A stretch of DNA of 64,000 bases from Selaginella moellendorffii (taxonomy: Eukaryota; Plantae; Lycopodiophyta), in contig NW_003314272.1 of the NCBI RefSeq assembly GCF_000143415.4, forward strand, positions 1,682,374-1,746,373, read 5' to 3'. Under the pieces are notes generated by a model, which worked only from the letters and a program-made list of their open reading frames with translations, did not search any database and was not told the DNA's origin. The position numbers and the translations under genes are program-made. Positions 1 to 12,051 of the stretch are shown here, piece after piece. How positions within the stretch are numbered: position 1 is the first letter of the stretch; every line of letters starts with the position of its first letter.

Positions 1-1031
1 AAAGTTATATGAAACGAATGGGAATGATTCTGGGCGGTGCATTATGATCATCATCCCTGTGAGCACTGGACTAGGAGAGGGACCCCTCTTGAGAAATATA
101 TATAGGAACTCTAGAACTTCCTTTTTGCAAACTCCTCCAATTCCTTCCAATTGATGCTACAAGCTTACCATCTAGAAAGTTGCATCTACAAGAAGGAACA
201 GCCCCTCCCCTTGGAAAGCGACGTCGGCGATTCCATCATCTCTGGACGAATCGCATATAAACAAACGAGAAAGTTCCCAAAGTTTTTATAAGAATCACAA
301 GCCCACTGAATGCTCAATAATTTGCGTGCGTGGAAGCCATGGCCACCACTTTGAGAGAGATCTCGTAATGCTGCTCCCATTACCAAGCATATTACCAAGC
401 GCGCTAATCACAAGATGAGGATGAATGGAAAGACTCTCGCAAAAGAGAGGATTTCGTGGAGAATTTCGAGGGGCTGTGGTTGGGAAAGTTTGGTCGGTTT
501 TGTTAAGCGCGTGGAGGCCACCACACTTAAAACAATATAATCATCGAATCGAGCTATGGGTTTGTGGAATCGATGCCACCCAATTATTTAAGTATGGAAA
601 GAGGGAATCGATCTCGCGACCACCACTTGGAGCGCTCGTTTGTTGAATGCGCGTTAGTTCGTTCGTTCGTGTCCCCACAAAAGTTGTGTCCGGCCTGGCA
701 ACTCTCGGCTTTCCTCCGCGGGCAGCGCGGGCAGCCTTGATTCCCAGAGATTCCCAGACGAACAAAAGGAAAAAGGAGAAGGAAAACAACAAAGCCGGGA
801 TGGCGAAGAAAAGAGGTGTCGCCTTGTAAAAGCATTTGCACTGTGCACGTCCCTAGCCTACGATCATGAGCAAAAACAAACGAAAGGGGGAAGGAAAATC
901 CACACGATATATCTACAAACACTTCAAGCTTTGAGCAGTGGCGAACCTTAGAGAAGAGAGAGAGGAAAAAAAAAAAACTTCTTTCGGTTTGGTGCTGCGA
1001 CGATGAATCCGACGAGGAGGCAAGGATCCTC

Positions 1032-1953
1032 TCATTTGCGACAGGATGATAGGCCAAGGCCGCCGCAGAACATTGCGATGACAATGTAGAGCAAGAAGAC
1101 GATGAGGCACGTCATGCAAGCCCTGCAAAGACAAAAGAGGAACGTCAGTGTTATATATGCTCAAAGCTAGAAAAAAGAGATGCGATGATCATCGGATCGA
1201 GAGCGAGAGCTATGGGTATAACTCACAAGAGTTTGGCGTTTTTCATCCACATTGCCTGCTGAAGGCGACGGGATTGTTTTTTGAAGCGGAAACTATTATC
1301 TTGCATCGTGGATGTCTTGTCCACCAGGAGCTCTATTCTGTCACCTCGTTCCAAGACTTTGTCAATGTTTTCGACCATAACTGATCGGACCTGGAACACC
1401 GCGAGCGACAGCCAGTGTGAGAAGAACCAAACAAAGAATGGATAGTCATGCCTACCTCGTTTAGATCGCCTTTGACCCGATTGATCGTGTCCGCCTCGGG
1501 GTTATTGGAAAAGTATTCCATCTGCTGGTGCAAAACTCTAGAAAACTCGTCGTTCATCGAGTATGCCAGAGCGGTGCGAGCAACTCGTCCATATGTCTTG
1601 ATAAATCTCATGTGAATGTCTTCCAGATAAGCGAAAGGAATTCGTCCTGATCGACAAAAAAAGAAAGAACAAGTGTGTGAGACTAGAAAACTATAGAGCT
1701 CCAAAAGAAAGGAAGAAAAAATCTTCACTCACTCACTTCCAAATGTATCTGTTGCCATGCAAAGAAAAGTGAGACCATCGGCCTTCATGATGTGGAAAAT
1801 GTGGCGATCCTGCGAATAGGAGAGGCGGCTATCGCTGGAAGCCGGCAGCTTCTCGATAATCCGCCGGGCGATGGTGGTAGCATTCCCTGTGACAGCACTA
1901 AACTCGGCTAGCACGACCGATCCTCTAGCGACGAGCGCGTACAAGATCGTCAT
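1032..1953 (-). CDS. VAMP71: VAMP7/VAMP71-type R-SNARE (longin + synaptobrevin + TM), 4 exons: 1953-1737, 1646-1456, 1390-1227, 1122-1032
   Basis: Spliced translation reads MTILYALVARGSVVLAEFS...TFGRRIPFAYLEDIH...VRSVMVENIDKVLERGDRIELLVDKT...WMKNAKLL, then a TM segment ending SCRK*. All introns are GT-AG. Confidence 0.95.
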
Positions 1954-2162
1954 CGCCCTACCGCCTGCCGCTGCTAGTGCTGCTCCTGCTGCTAGACCTG
2001 GAGATTGCTTACTGGGAGGAGAGGATCCACCGCGCAAAGCTCGATCGATTTCTCGTTTCGAAGAACCCTAGCCTAGGAATCGACGGCTAGAATTAAAAAT
2101 GCCATCTAACGGTGGTGATAGAACCCCAAGGACACGGTATTTGTGTTCTCTACTAGTTAGCG

Positions 2163-3511
2163 ATGGCGTCCTCGTCGCAAATATTTCGAGCCGGAGCTGG
2201 AGATCCAGTGGCACTTCGATCCAAGGCAAGATCATCGATCGCCTGCTCCTCTTCTACCAGGCAAGCGACGCTGAATCGCGCTCTTGATCGAGCTTCTAGG
2301 TTTGTGTTGTTTGATCTCCAGCGTGACGATGCCGCTTATAGCTCGGAAATTTCTTCGCTCCCTGGTCACGCCATACCTGAAGAAGAATGTCACTGCTTCG
2401 TCGGCGCTGGAGCTGGTTCGATCGAATTCCGGGGGAGCTGTGAAGTTCGATCATTTCGCATTCCGGACGTTTGGGGTAAAACTCTCGCTCATTCGTGAAA
2501 ATCCTTTCATTGTTGTCTGGCATTTTGGTGTTTGTCTCCAAGGTGGATGGATTTGGAATCGACTCTATTGCTCAGCTCTTCCTCGATCTCGGCTATGAAT
2601 GCCGTGACGAGCTTCGTTTTCCAGCGAAGAAGCTACGAGCATTCTGGTATGCACCACCTCTGGATTTTCTTGACATCGAAGGAGACGGTGTTGATGGCCC
2701 ATTGCCACGGATTTTTATTTCCGAGCTTCTCGTGAATCAACTCAGCTCCGAGTCACAGGTAAGCAAGAAAGTTTTTGATGCGGTTGGTTGAATTTTACAA
2801 CGCAGGAAGTCATCAAAACATACACAGGCCGTGCGAGAGCTCTGTTGAAACATGCTCCATTAACTAGCGTGCTAGATTGCCTGCCTTGGGAAAATCCATC
2901 AGTGGCGGACTACGAACGTCTTGCACAGTACAGAATTTTTCTAATCGAATGTTTTATACTAGCTGATACTTTCTTGCAGGGAGAGCGAGTATGCTGCCTG
3001 GACACTTGCCAACGGATATGCTCTGAACCATCTTACAATCTCCGTGCATCGCTTAAACTCCGAGCTGAAGGATATAAACAAGCTAAACGAGTTCCTCCAG
3101 AGCAACGGTATAAAACTAAACAAAGATGGAGGAATTCTCAAGGGTACGTTGCGCATGCAGTTTCTAGTCAGGCTGTCTATAAATGTATTTCTCTGTGAAT
3201 CCTCCAGTTAGTCCTGATAGGGGCTTGCTTCAAAGCTCGACGGTGGCTGATTTGGTTCCTTGTACTTTCTCTGATGGCGAGATTGAGACTCCTGCCTCCT
3301 ATATCGAGTTTGCACAGCGCCTTGTGCTGCCTGCTTTTCAAAATCTCGGGCCCGATCAGGTACTTCATCTTTTCGCTTTTCCTGACATTGATAGCTGTTT
3401 GGACAGCTCAAAGAATGGCATAGGAGGGACGGCTTTGAGGTTGGCAATGCTGACAAGATCTTTGAAAGTACTTCGTCACTTCAAACTGGCGCCCTGAAAC
3501 AAAGCGCCTAA
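2163..3511 (+). CDS. HglS: DUF1338 2-oxoadipate dioxygenase/decarboxylase (hydroxyglutarate synthase), likely plastid-targeted, multi-exon
   Basis: Motifs DHFAFRTFG, RDELRFPAKKL, PRIFISELLV, EYAAWTLANGYALNHLTISVHRL, SYIEFAQRL and RRDGFEVGNADKIFEST are spread over short GT-AG exons. The N-terminus is Ser/Ala/Arg-rich. Confidence 0.9.
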
Positions 3512-3616
3512 CTACATATCCTTTCAAGGTCTACTTATTTTATCAGTATGGTTTTTTTTACAGCTCACGCGCAAGATCCGGTTTGTACATACGCTTATAT
3601 AAAGTTTATATCTCTA

Positions 3617-6317
3617 TCAAAAACTGGTTCTTATCCGCCGGAGAAACATATATGCAGACACTCGATACAGTATGGCCATTGCGATGAGGATGCAAGCCTC
3701 TTTGACACCTCCGTTCAGATCTACTCCATAAAAGGCCGAGGAAGTTCCAAGTCTTTGACAACCTCTGGCGTCCTTGCAGTCATACTTCTGCTCTGGTGAG
3801 TACTGGGTTTTTAAAAGGAGCCGGTACCCATAGAAAATGAAGGAGACGTATTTTATCCACTTCATGAACACGGGCATGTGCTGGTGACCAACAACAGGTT
3901 CTAGACGCTGTCAACGCAAAATTTAAATGGACTTACCTGAACGTAGTAGCCTCCAACGAGCAGGAAAAGAAGCAGCACCAAAGATGCAACAGTTCCAGAT
4001 TTCTTGACATCCATTACAGCAGCTCCCAAGAGATCACCGGCTCCCTATTGACATAAGAAAAAACGTGGAAGCTATGATAACACGCACGAGAAGCTCACCT
4101 GGGATGCAACCGTTAACAAGTAAGTGGACAGCAGCGTGAGCATAAAACTCTCTAGGCTGCGATGAAGGCCTGTCATGAAGTACACTATTATGACGAAGAT
4201 GGTGGGATATATAATCTCTGCTATGATGTCCGAAATGGTGCTGCTTGCGTAGAAGGCGCTTAAGCTGTACATGTCCGCCCCGAGCTCTTTGATAAGAAAG
4301 GGTCTCTCCAGAGGGAACGTGGATACCGAGCTGAAGAGCCCGGAAGTGGACCAGAAGATGGCGATATAGAATATAAGTCCGGCCTGACAGGCAGCAGGGA
4401 AAGAAACGGGAAATCAGTTCTGGACGAGCAACTTTCTGCCTATATACCTGGTCTCGAACGTCGATTTCGGTATCGAGCTTTGATTGCCACCACAGCAAGC
4501 CGAGAACTATGGATACTCCAATGACTTGAATGAAGCGGATGTAATCGAAGTAATCTCTGGACCGCTCCTTGAATGTTCTTTTAAACAGCACTTTAAACTG
4601 AAGTGGCCAGGATGATGAGAAGTCGTGTTTGGCTTGGATCATCTCCTTGAGATTGTTCGAAACCTTCAAGGTACATATCTTCTGCTTCTCCTTTGGCTCC
4701 AGTTCTGTTTTGTATTTCATTCTTAGGTGCTGTGCTTTTGCAGGAAACATGTCGGTCCATCAGCGTACATGAGAAGCAGAGAACTTACCTGGACAATAAT
4801 TCGCTGAGTGTCTTCGGGACGTCTTGGGATCGTTGTTGCGTGCTGATACGTTGGAGATACGGTGTGGCAGAATATCTCCGAGTCCAAGACGTTGATCACT
4901 CTTGCACCAGCATTATCTAGCTTTTCGTCCTCTGGACTGCGGTTAGTTATTTCTTCGGGGATGCTGATATCGTGCACCACTCCTACAGCCAAATCCAACA
5001 GGAAATCCGCCGGGTTCATAGTTATCTCTGGTACAAAGTGCAGCGAGGAAAAGTAACTCATCACTTCCCTGGCAGGACCCGAGTAAATAGTGTGGCCCTC
5101 AGATATCAATATCAGCTTGTCAAACATGTGAAACAGCCTGCTCGATGGCTGGTGGATCGTGGTAAGGATTGTTCTTCCTGCCTTTAGAACAAGTAAAACT
5201 TTAGATCTTCTGGTCATAATAGCGAAGGAACTTACTTGTGCTATGTTCCCAACAACTTGCAGGATTTTCAAAGCTGTGGCAGAATCCAGTCCTGATGTTG
5301 GCTCGTCCAAAAGCAGCAATGAAGGATCAATCAGTATTTCCGATCCTATACTGGTCCTCTTTCTTTCGCCCCCAGATACTCCAGGAATGAATGGACCTCC
5401 TATGATGGTGTGCCGGCACCTTTCCAAAGCGCACTAGTCAGCTTCAAATACAGGAGTAGCACGCACCTTTCCAAGCCAAGATCTTTGAGAACTCTATCAG
5501 CTTTGGACATCTTCTGCGAGCGGGTCATCGTGTTTGGAAGACGCAACAAGGCAGTGAACTCGAGACATTCCTGGACTGTGAGGTATGGGAAGAGGATGTC
5601 CTCCTGCGCGACAAATCCAATTCTGTGCAAAACCGTCGACGTTCTCAGTGGGAAAGAAAGAAAACTCGCGAGCCAACCTCTTCTTCATGAAGGAACCGTA
5701 TGGAACATCATTAAAGGTGACACTCCCGGACACATCTCTGAGCAAGCGACCGCCTAGAATCTTCAGCAAGGTGGTCTTCCCGCTGCCGGACGGTCCCATC
5801 ATGGCCAGGATTTCTCCTGGAGCGACAGAGCCGGTGATTCCATGCAAGATATATTTGTGGTGACCGTTGCTGCTGGTTTTACCGCCGGGGGACTGAGATG
5901 GAGCGGGAAGCAGGACTTTATATTCCACATTTTGGAACTGCGAAGAGCGACAATGGTTTAGAAGAATGACAACGAGCAAGTGGAACGTGGATTTACCTTC
6001 AAGAAGACTCGGACAGGTGCTTCGACCTCCGTGTTGAGCTTCGCGTGCTGGCTGGCTGTGTCGTCCTCGGACGCCGCATCTTCTCCAGGAGCTCCAAAGG
6101 AAGGTGGCGCGAGTGATCTAAGCTGAGCGGCCCTGGAGCTGCCGATGGTATTTCTCTCAGGGATGGATTCGAAACACGCGACTCGGTGCTGCTGAGACGA
6201 GTCAATTTCCGCTCGATCAAACTCCGGGTTCTCGTACAGGTGGAATTTGGAGGAGAGGCCAGGCATCTCCGCTGCTACGGTGCTGCTGTTGCTGCTGCTG
6301 CTCGCGCTTTCCATCAT
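3617..6317 (-). CDS. ABCG26: Half-size ABCG transporter, ABCG26/WBC27-like (sporopollenin-precursor exporter clade), multi-exon; start codon approximate
   Basis: Walker [10 protein letters not shown], signature [12 protein letters not shown], Walker [14 protein letters not shown] and [16 protein letters not shown] are present. The segments [17 protein letters not shown] and [10 protein letters not shown] resemble ABCG26 more than ABCG22. TM exons follow. Confidence 0.85.
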
Positions 6318-7045
6318 CCTCTTCCTTCCTCAGAGCGAAGTAAGCGTTTCTTGTTTTGGTTTTCTTTTCCTTCCTTCCTCACATAGTTCTATTATTTGAC
6401 TCCGTCGATGCAGTACAGGGTAAAGATGCTTCTGCTCCTGCTGCTGCTGCTGCCCCTGCTCGTGCTCCCGTTTGTGCCGCTGCCGCATTCCGTTTTCCTG
6501 GATTTGGTTCGTTTCTCAAGGATCCACAACAAACCAGAGAAGGTGGTGCGTCACTTAATCTCGATTTCCGTGGCGCTCTTAGCAACTTCTAACACATTTT
6601 TGCAGCTCATGCGCTTGGCGTTCACACCACACAAAGCGTGCGGCTCACCTTTTCCTCTTTGTACAACGAGGCGACATAAAAAGAAACCGACTCAACAGCG
6701 TTTAATCGAGATTGACAACCATGCCAAGGCTGTTTGCGGCACAAAGATGGTGAGAGTTCAGCGCAACTAAGAACCAAAAAGAAGCAAAAAGAGAGAAAAG
6801 GGTCGCTCTCTTCGCCGGACACAGGGAATAAAGGTAGGTTCATTCGCTAGTCCTCTATAATATTCTTGTCATCACCATCTTTTCTTCACAGGACCTTGTG
6901 TCTCTCAAGAAGTGTACCTACATCCTGTATAATATCAGAAACGATTGCACAAAAATCTTCCACCGACCAGTGACTTCACCAGTCAGCGGGGACAACGCTC
7001 TTTTTTTCCTTTCACCAGATTGGAACGAGCGAAAGAGCTGATCGA

Positions 7046-8691
7046 TCAATCGCATGGCTTGGGCTGGAGGACCCTCTTCATGAACTCGTACGTCATGAAA
7101 ACAATCCCCACGCTCGGTATGACTTTGAAATACTCTGGCATGATCCCCCTGTACAGGCCCCGCAGCCCCTCGCTATGGAGTATGTGCTTGAGCGTCCCCA
7201 TCAGGCCCGACTTGTACACGCGAGCCTGGCCGGCCGCGCCTTCCAGCTGCATTCTTCTTCGAATCAGATCAAGAGGAAACGTTGCTGCAAAAAGAAAAAG
7301 GCGAAGAAAAATACCAAGTGTTGTTTTTAACTTCCATTTCAGTCTGCAACATACCTGTGCTCGAGCAAATCCCGGCGACGCTCCCGCAACACAAGCTCGT
7401 GATTATGTTGGGCGAGTTGGGACTGCATCCATAGATTTGTTCTTTTTGTCAGGAACTATAATAGAAGAAAACTAACACTACCTCTGTGCCACCCAGATGC
7501 TCTTCAGTGTTTCATACGCGCAGAAATTGATGGCGATGTTTGGTCCTACGCACTGTAACGAGAAAAAAGAGTTTGTTCTTAGTACAGAGATCGAGAGAAA
7601 GTAATAAGAAAACTCTTAAGTGGCTCACCAGTAGCGTGGGACCAATCCCCTTGTAGAGACCCTTGAAGCCCTCCTCTTGTGATATAGTTACAAGGGCATG
7701 GACGATGCCGCGGTAGTACATTACTTTTGTCTGCAGCCATTTCCGAAATAACAGGTCATTCCACCTGCCAATGAGTGTATCACAGATATTCAGGAACTCT
7801 CATTCCAGCTAAAGGTGATGCCTTTCAACTTTACAACACTAGAACGTCTCTTCTAGCAGGCAGCAATGAAGAAAAGGAATGAAACTAAGTTACAAAACGA
7901 TGGTTTTGAGAGAAAGATCTCGCTTACCTGTGCTGCCAAGCGCGTCCTCACAAGATCCAGGGGATACGTGAGAGACGCCGCGGTTAACCCCGCCCCGCCG
8001 CCAGCCAAGAGCCTCGTCCCCATCCCAACGCCCAAGCTCTCCGGACGGTTTTCTGCTCCAGACATCCTCGTGAGAAACTGGAAATTTTGGAGCGTTAATC
8101 TTCTCCTTTGCTCTAGCAGCAAGTACGAGAAAAATGGATAAACCTCCGAGGGGATGGCAGACTTACAAGCTTGTAGTTCTCGTACGAGAAAAAATTGATA
8201 GCCGAGTAGGGGAGGCGATGCACGACCGTCACCCCGTTGCCCTTCCAAAACGCTCTAAACCCCTCCTCTCTAAAAATCCGCGACGCCTCGCGCAGCATGC
8301 TTGCTTGCTCCAAGGCATGGTTCGTTCGCATGCCTTGCACCTGGATGATTCGTGGCGTGAGAAACCAAGGAAAAAGAAAAAAGAAAAATACCTGGAACAA
8401 AATCGTGAGGCGAGCGAGCGGAGCTGTGCACGTCTTGCTCACCGCGCCCGCGACGCCACCGGAGATGAGCTGCGACGCGGTGCCAATCTGCGATGGCCGC
8501 ACGACCTCGCGCATTGTCTGCTCCACGGGCTCCTCGGGGGCGATGCTGCTGCTGCTGCCGCCATCGCCCACGCCGGCCCGTGCGAGAACTCGCTGCCCTA
8601 CCCCCGCCATTCTCCCCGCCGTCGTCGTCGTCGATCCCGCCTGGAGCCTTGCATCTGTTGTGGTCCTCGGCGCCGACGCCTCCGCTTGCAT
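7046..8691 (-). CDS. Mitochondrial carrier family (SLC25) protein, multi-exon
   Basis: Three carrier repeats with PLARLTILFQ, YPLDLVRTRLA and FPLDLIRRRMQ signatures, plus EEGFRAFWKG, EEGFKGLYKG and SEGLRGLYRG. Confidence 0.93.
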
Positions 8692-8852
8692 TCCCTGGAA
8701 GCTAAGCCCTAGATCTCACGCCATGCCTCGCATTCCTCCCCTCCCGGCCGCGCGATCCAAGACGAGCTCGACGAGCAAAACTAGGGTAAATGGATCTAAG
8801 AAAAATAGAATAATGCCCAAGTGATCTAGTAAAGTAGTATTAAAAAGGTGTC

Positions 8853-8933
8853 TGTTGACAGTGGGATTCGAACCCACGCCCTTGCGGACCAGAACCTTAA
8901 TCTGGCGCCTTAGACCAACTCGGCCATGTCAAC
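8853..8933 (-). tRNA. trnL-AAG: tRNA-Leu (anticodon AAG)
   Basis: Minus strand reads GTTGACATGGCCGAGTTGGTCTAAGGCGCCAGATTAAGGTTCTGGTCCGCAAGGGCGTGGGTTCGAATCCCACTGTCAACA. It has a 7-bp acceptor stem, A and B boxes, a long variable arm, and a T5 terminator at 8842-8846. Confidence 0.97.
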
Positions 8934-8976
8934 TTTGCTTAAGCAGGTTAGTAAGAAGATGGAAAGGGTTAATGGA

Positions 8977-10043
8977 TCATGGAAGCGTTCTTGCGATGCG
9001 GTCCAAAAGGCTCGCGAGACCGCTGGGATTCGAGAAGAAGGGTGTGTGATCCGAGGAGATCCTGAAGACGCCGATGGGGGGAGTGGTACGTATGAGCAAA
9101 TCTTGGTCCTGGGGCAGCACGACATTGTCGTGATCGGTCTTGATGAAGTAGCGCGGGACGCTGCCGTAGCGCGCCTGCGTGAAATTCACGGCGGGATCCA
9201 GCACTGGTACGGGCTTGAGGAGGGATTTCGCCAGCTCCACGTTCTGCGCATCGATCGATCGGTCAGATATATCGATTGGATGAAATCCAGGAAATAGTTC
9301 GGGGTTTCTTGGAAGATGGGGGGTTTCGTTTCGTCCTACCTCAGGCGGCGAGAGATTGTAGAGGAGATTTTGGACGAGATCGAGCTGGAATGGGATTGCC
9401 AGAGGCACGGTTCCTGCAGGGCCGGGCACTGGCAGTCTTCCCTGGAGCTGCGAATTCGCACAAGCATTGAGGAATTCTTTTCTAACGATCGATCGATTGA
9501 CGAACCTGGTTGTTGAGCGCGGTGCCAGCGGGTCCACTGGGAAGCATCAGCCCCGCGACGTAGATCGCCGCAACAATCTTTTCCGGGAATTTCTCCAGCG
9601 CGTACGTGAGGCTCGCGCCTCCAAGGCTGTGCCCGACCAGCACGACCTGAAGTATACAGGAAATCCAATAGCGTCAAACAGGGAAAGGAGTGATCGATCC
9701 GAACAGGATGAACTACCGTGCTGTTGTGAGGCAGCTGCTCCAGGAAATCCACCAGTGGAGACGTATATCTGACAAGAGTTCCAACCCTGGTGGGATCGAA
9801 GCTGCTGATCCCGGCGCTCAAGAGATCGATGGCGTCCACCTTGTGTCCGGCCTTATGGAGGAGGTTTGTGACTTTGTACCAGCACCAAGCGCCATGCCCG
9901 GCTCCATGGACGAGAACAAAGTGGTGTTGGCGATCATCATCGGACGCTTCGGTTCTAAGCAGTAGTAGTAGCGAGGAGAGGAATCCAGTGACGACGATCT
10001 TTATCAGCAGCATCGTTTGAAGGTTTTGGAATACCAGCAGCAT
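8977..10043 (-). CDS. Methylesterase (MES/SABP2/HNL-type alpha/beta-hydrolase) with N-terminal hydrophobic leader, multi-exon
   Basis: HFVLVHGAGHGAWCWYKV, nucleophile elbow LVGHSLGG, RYFIKTDHDNVV (Asp) and SDHTPFFS (His). Confidence 0.92.
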
Positions 10044-11055
10044 TAACTTTGGTGACGATAGATCGATCGATACCGAAGTTTTTGGTGCTCGAGGCGATCT
10101 GCCAGCTTAAAGTCAGACAGTGAATTTATGTTGGGGGATGCAAGTGTTCCGAATGGCCAAAATTAAAAGCGAATCTCTTCGCGAGGGGAATAGTTTCGGT
10201 CGTGCAATGCACGTCGGCCGCTCAGCAATAGGATGAATTCTTCTGGAACAAGTGATCTGATGTGAGCCAGGGAGGAGCTCCCATTACGCCGGATGCATTC
10301 AAGGTTCCTGTCGAGCAACAGTTCAATAGCGTGTCCCGCGACCGAGCAAGAGACAACTTACATCCTTCAGGACCTTGTATTTAAATTTAAGTTCTTATAA
10401 TTGCAAATACATGCCATTTGGCCGAGCTCACGCGCTTACTTGAGACAAAATCTCCCACGTCAAAGCTCCTGTTACTGGAGTTTCGGCGACGTCCTTCCAC
10501 GAGATCAGTTTTTTCATGTCAGTTCACGAAAGGATGACGAGTAGAACCTGGCTCGCGAAGAGTGGAAGTAATCTTTTAGTCATTTTTTCTCGGTGATCTG
10601 GCCTCACTGCTGTGGAGAATCAAGTACTCCATGCCTCTAATTCCCTTGTCCAACTTGACAATGCAATTCGCAAAACAAAGGTTTTAAACGCAAAAGTTTT
10701 TTTTTTTTTTTTGGATGACGGTCACAAGCCTCTGGGAGAAGAACTTGAGCTAGCATCATTTGTCTCCGCCCGGGAAAAACTCTGTGTCTCTTTTAAGCTC
10801 GCGCAAAAAAGTTGGGGGCAACCAGATCTATCGAATAAGATCAAAAAATCCTTGCCTGATAAGTTCAGGTTATGATGAGCACAAAGAACTCTTCCCTTTC
10901 TTATGCCACTATGATGTGGAAGCTCTTCATATGTAGAAGTTCGAGCGTACTCACCGGCCTCTAGCAACGAAGAATTTGGTTTCTAAGACTTCCGCAAAGT
11001 TTCTACCTGACCAAGCATCCACGATTGAAGTGGATGATTCGTGGTGTAAGACAAA

Positions 11056-11211
11056 AAAAGAAAAAGAGATCTCTTGACACAGTTGAGAGAGGAATGCATC
11101 GAATTCAAATACATTAGTTTTCTACCAACTAAAGTTAAATAAAGAAGTTTATGTGCTTGGCTCAGTGTTTTCTGAAAGCTTCTATTGAAAATATATATAT
11201 ACATATACATA

Positions 11212-11247
<36 letters not shown>

Positions 11248-12051
11248 TATTNNNNNNNNNNNNNNNNNNNNNNNNNNNNNNNNNNNNNNNNNNNNNNNNN
11301 NNNNNNNNNNNNNNNNNNNNNNNNNNNNNNNNNNNNNNNNNNNNNNNNNNNNNNNNNNNNNNNNNNNNNNNNNNNNNNNNNNNNNNNNNNNNNNNNNNNN
11401 NNNNNNNNNNNNNNNNNNNNNNNNNNNNNNNNNNNNNNNNNNNNNNNNNNNNNNNNNNNNNNNNNNNNNNNNNNNNNNNNNNNNNNNNNNNNNNNNNNNN
11501 NNNNNNNNNNNNNNNNNNNNNNNNNNNNNNNNNNNNNNNNNNNNNNNNNNNNNNNNNNNNNNNNNNNNNNNNNNNNNNNNNNNNNNNNNNNNNNNNNNNN
11601 NNNNNNNNNNNNNNNNNNNNNNNNNNNNNNNNNNNNNNNNNNNNNNNNNNNNNNNNNNNNNNNNNNNNNNNNNNNNNNNNNNNNNNNNNNNNNNNNNNNN
11701 NNNNNNNNNNNNNNNNNNNNNNNNNNNNNNNNNNNNNNNNNNNNNNNNNNNNNNNNNNNNNNNNNNNNNNNNNNNNNNNNNNNNNNNNNNNNNNNNNNNN
11801 NNNNNNNNNNNNNNNNNNNNNNNNNNNNNNNNNNNNNNNNNNNNNNNNNNNNNNNNNNNNNNNNNNNNNNNNNNNNNNNNNNNNNNNNNNNNNNNNNNNN
11901 NNNNNNNNNNNNNNNNNNNNNNNNNNNNNNNNNNNNNNNNNNNNNNNNNNNNNNTAAACTTCTTTATTCGAACTTTAGTTGGTAGAAAACTAATGTATTT
12001 GAATTCAATGCATACCTCTCTCAACTGTGTCGAGAGATCTCTTTTTCTTTT
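11056..12051. repeat. ~95-bp inverted repeat arms (11056-11151 and 11955-12051) enclosing a TA/CATA microsatellite and an assembly gap
   Basis: The left arm AAAAGAAAAAGAGATCTC...AATAAAGAAGTTTA is the reverse complement of the sequence right after the N run, with few mismatches. Microsatellite at 11190-11251; Ns at 11252-11954. Confidence 0.85.

Noticed and set aside
6356-6770. ORFs with poly-Leu/Ala/Gln upstream of the ABCG gene
   Set aside because: They arise from a (CTG)n tract in a probable 5' UTR or promoter, with no recognisable domain.
11151-12024. 268-280 aa ORFs
   Set aside because: Artefacts of the N gap and the microsatellite.
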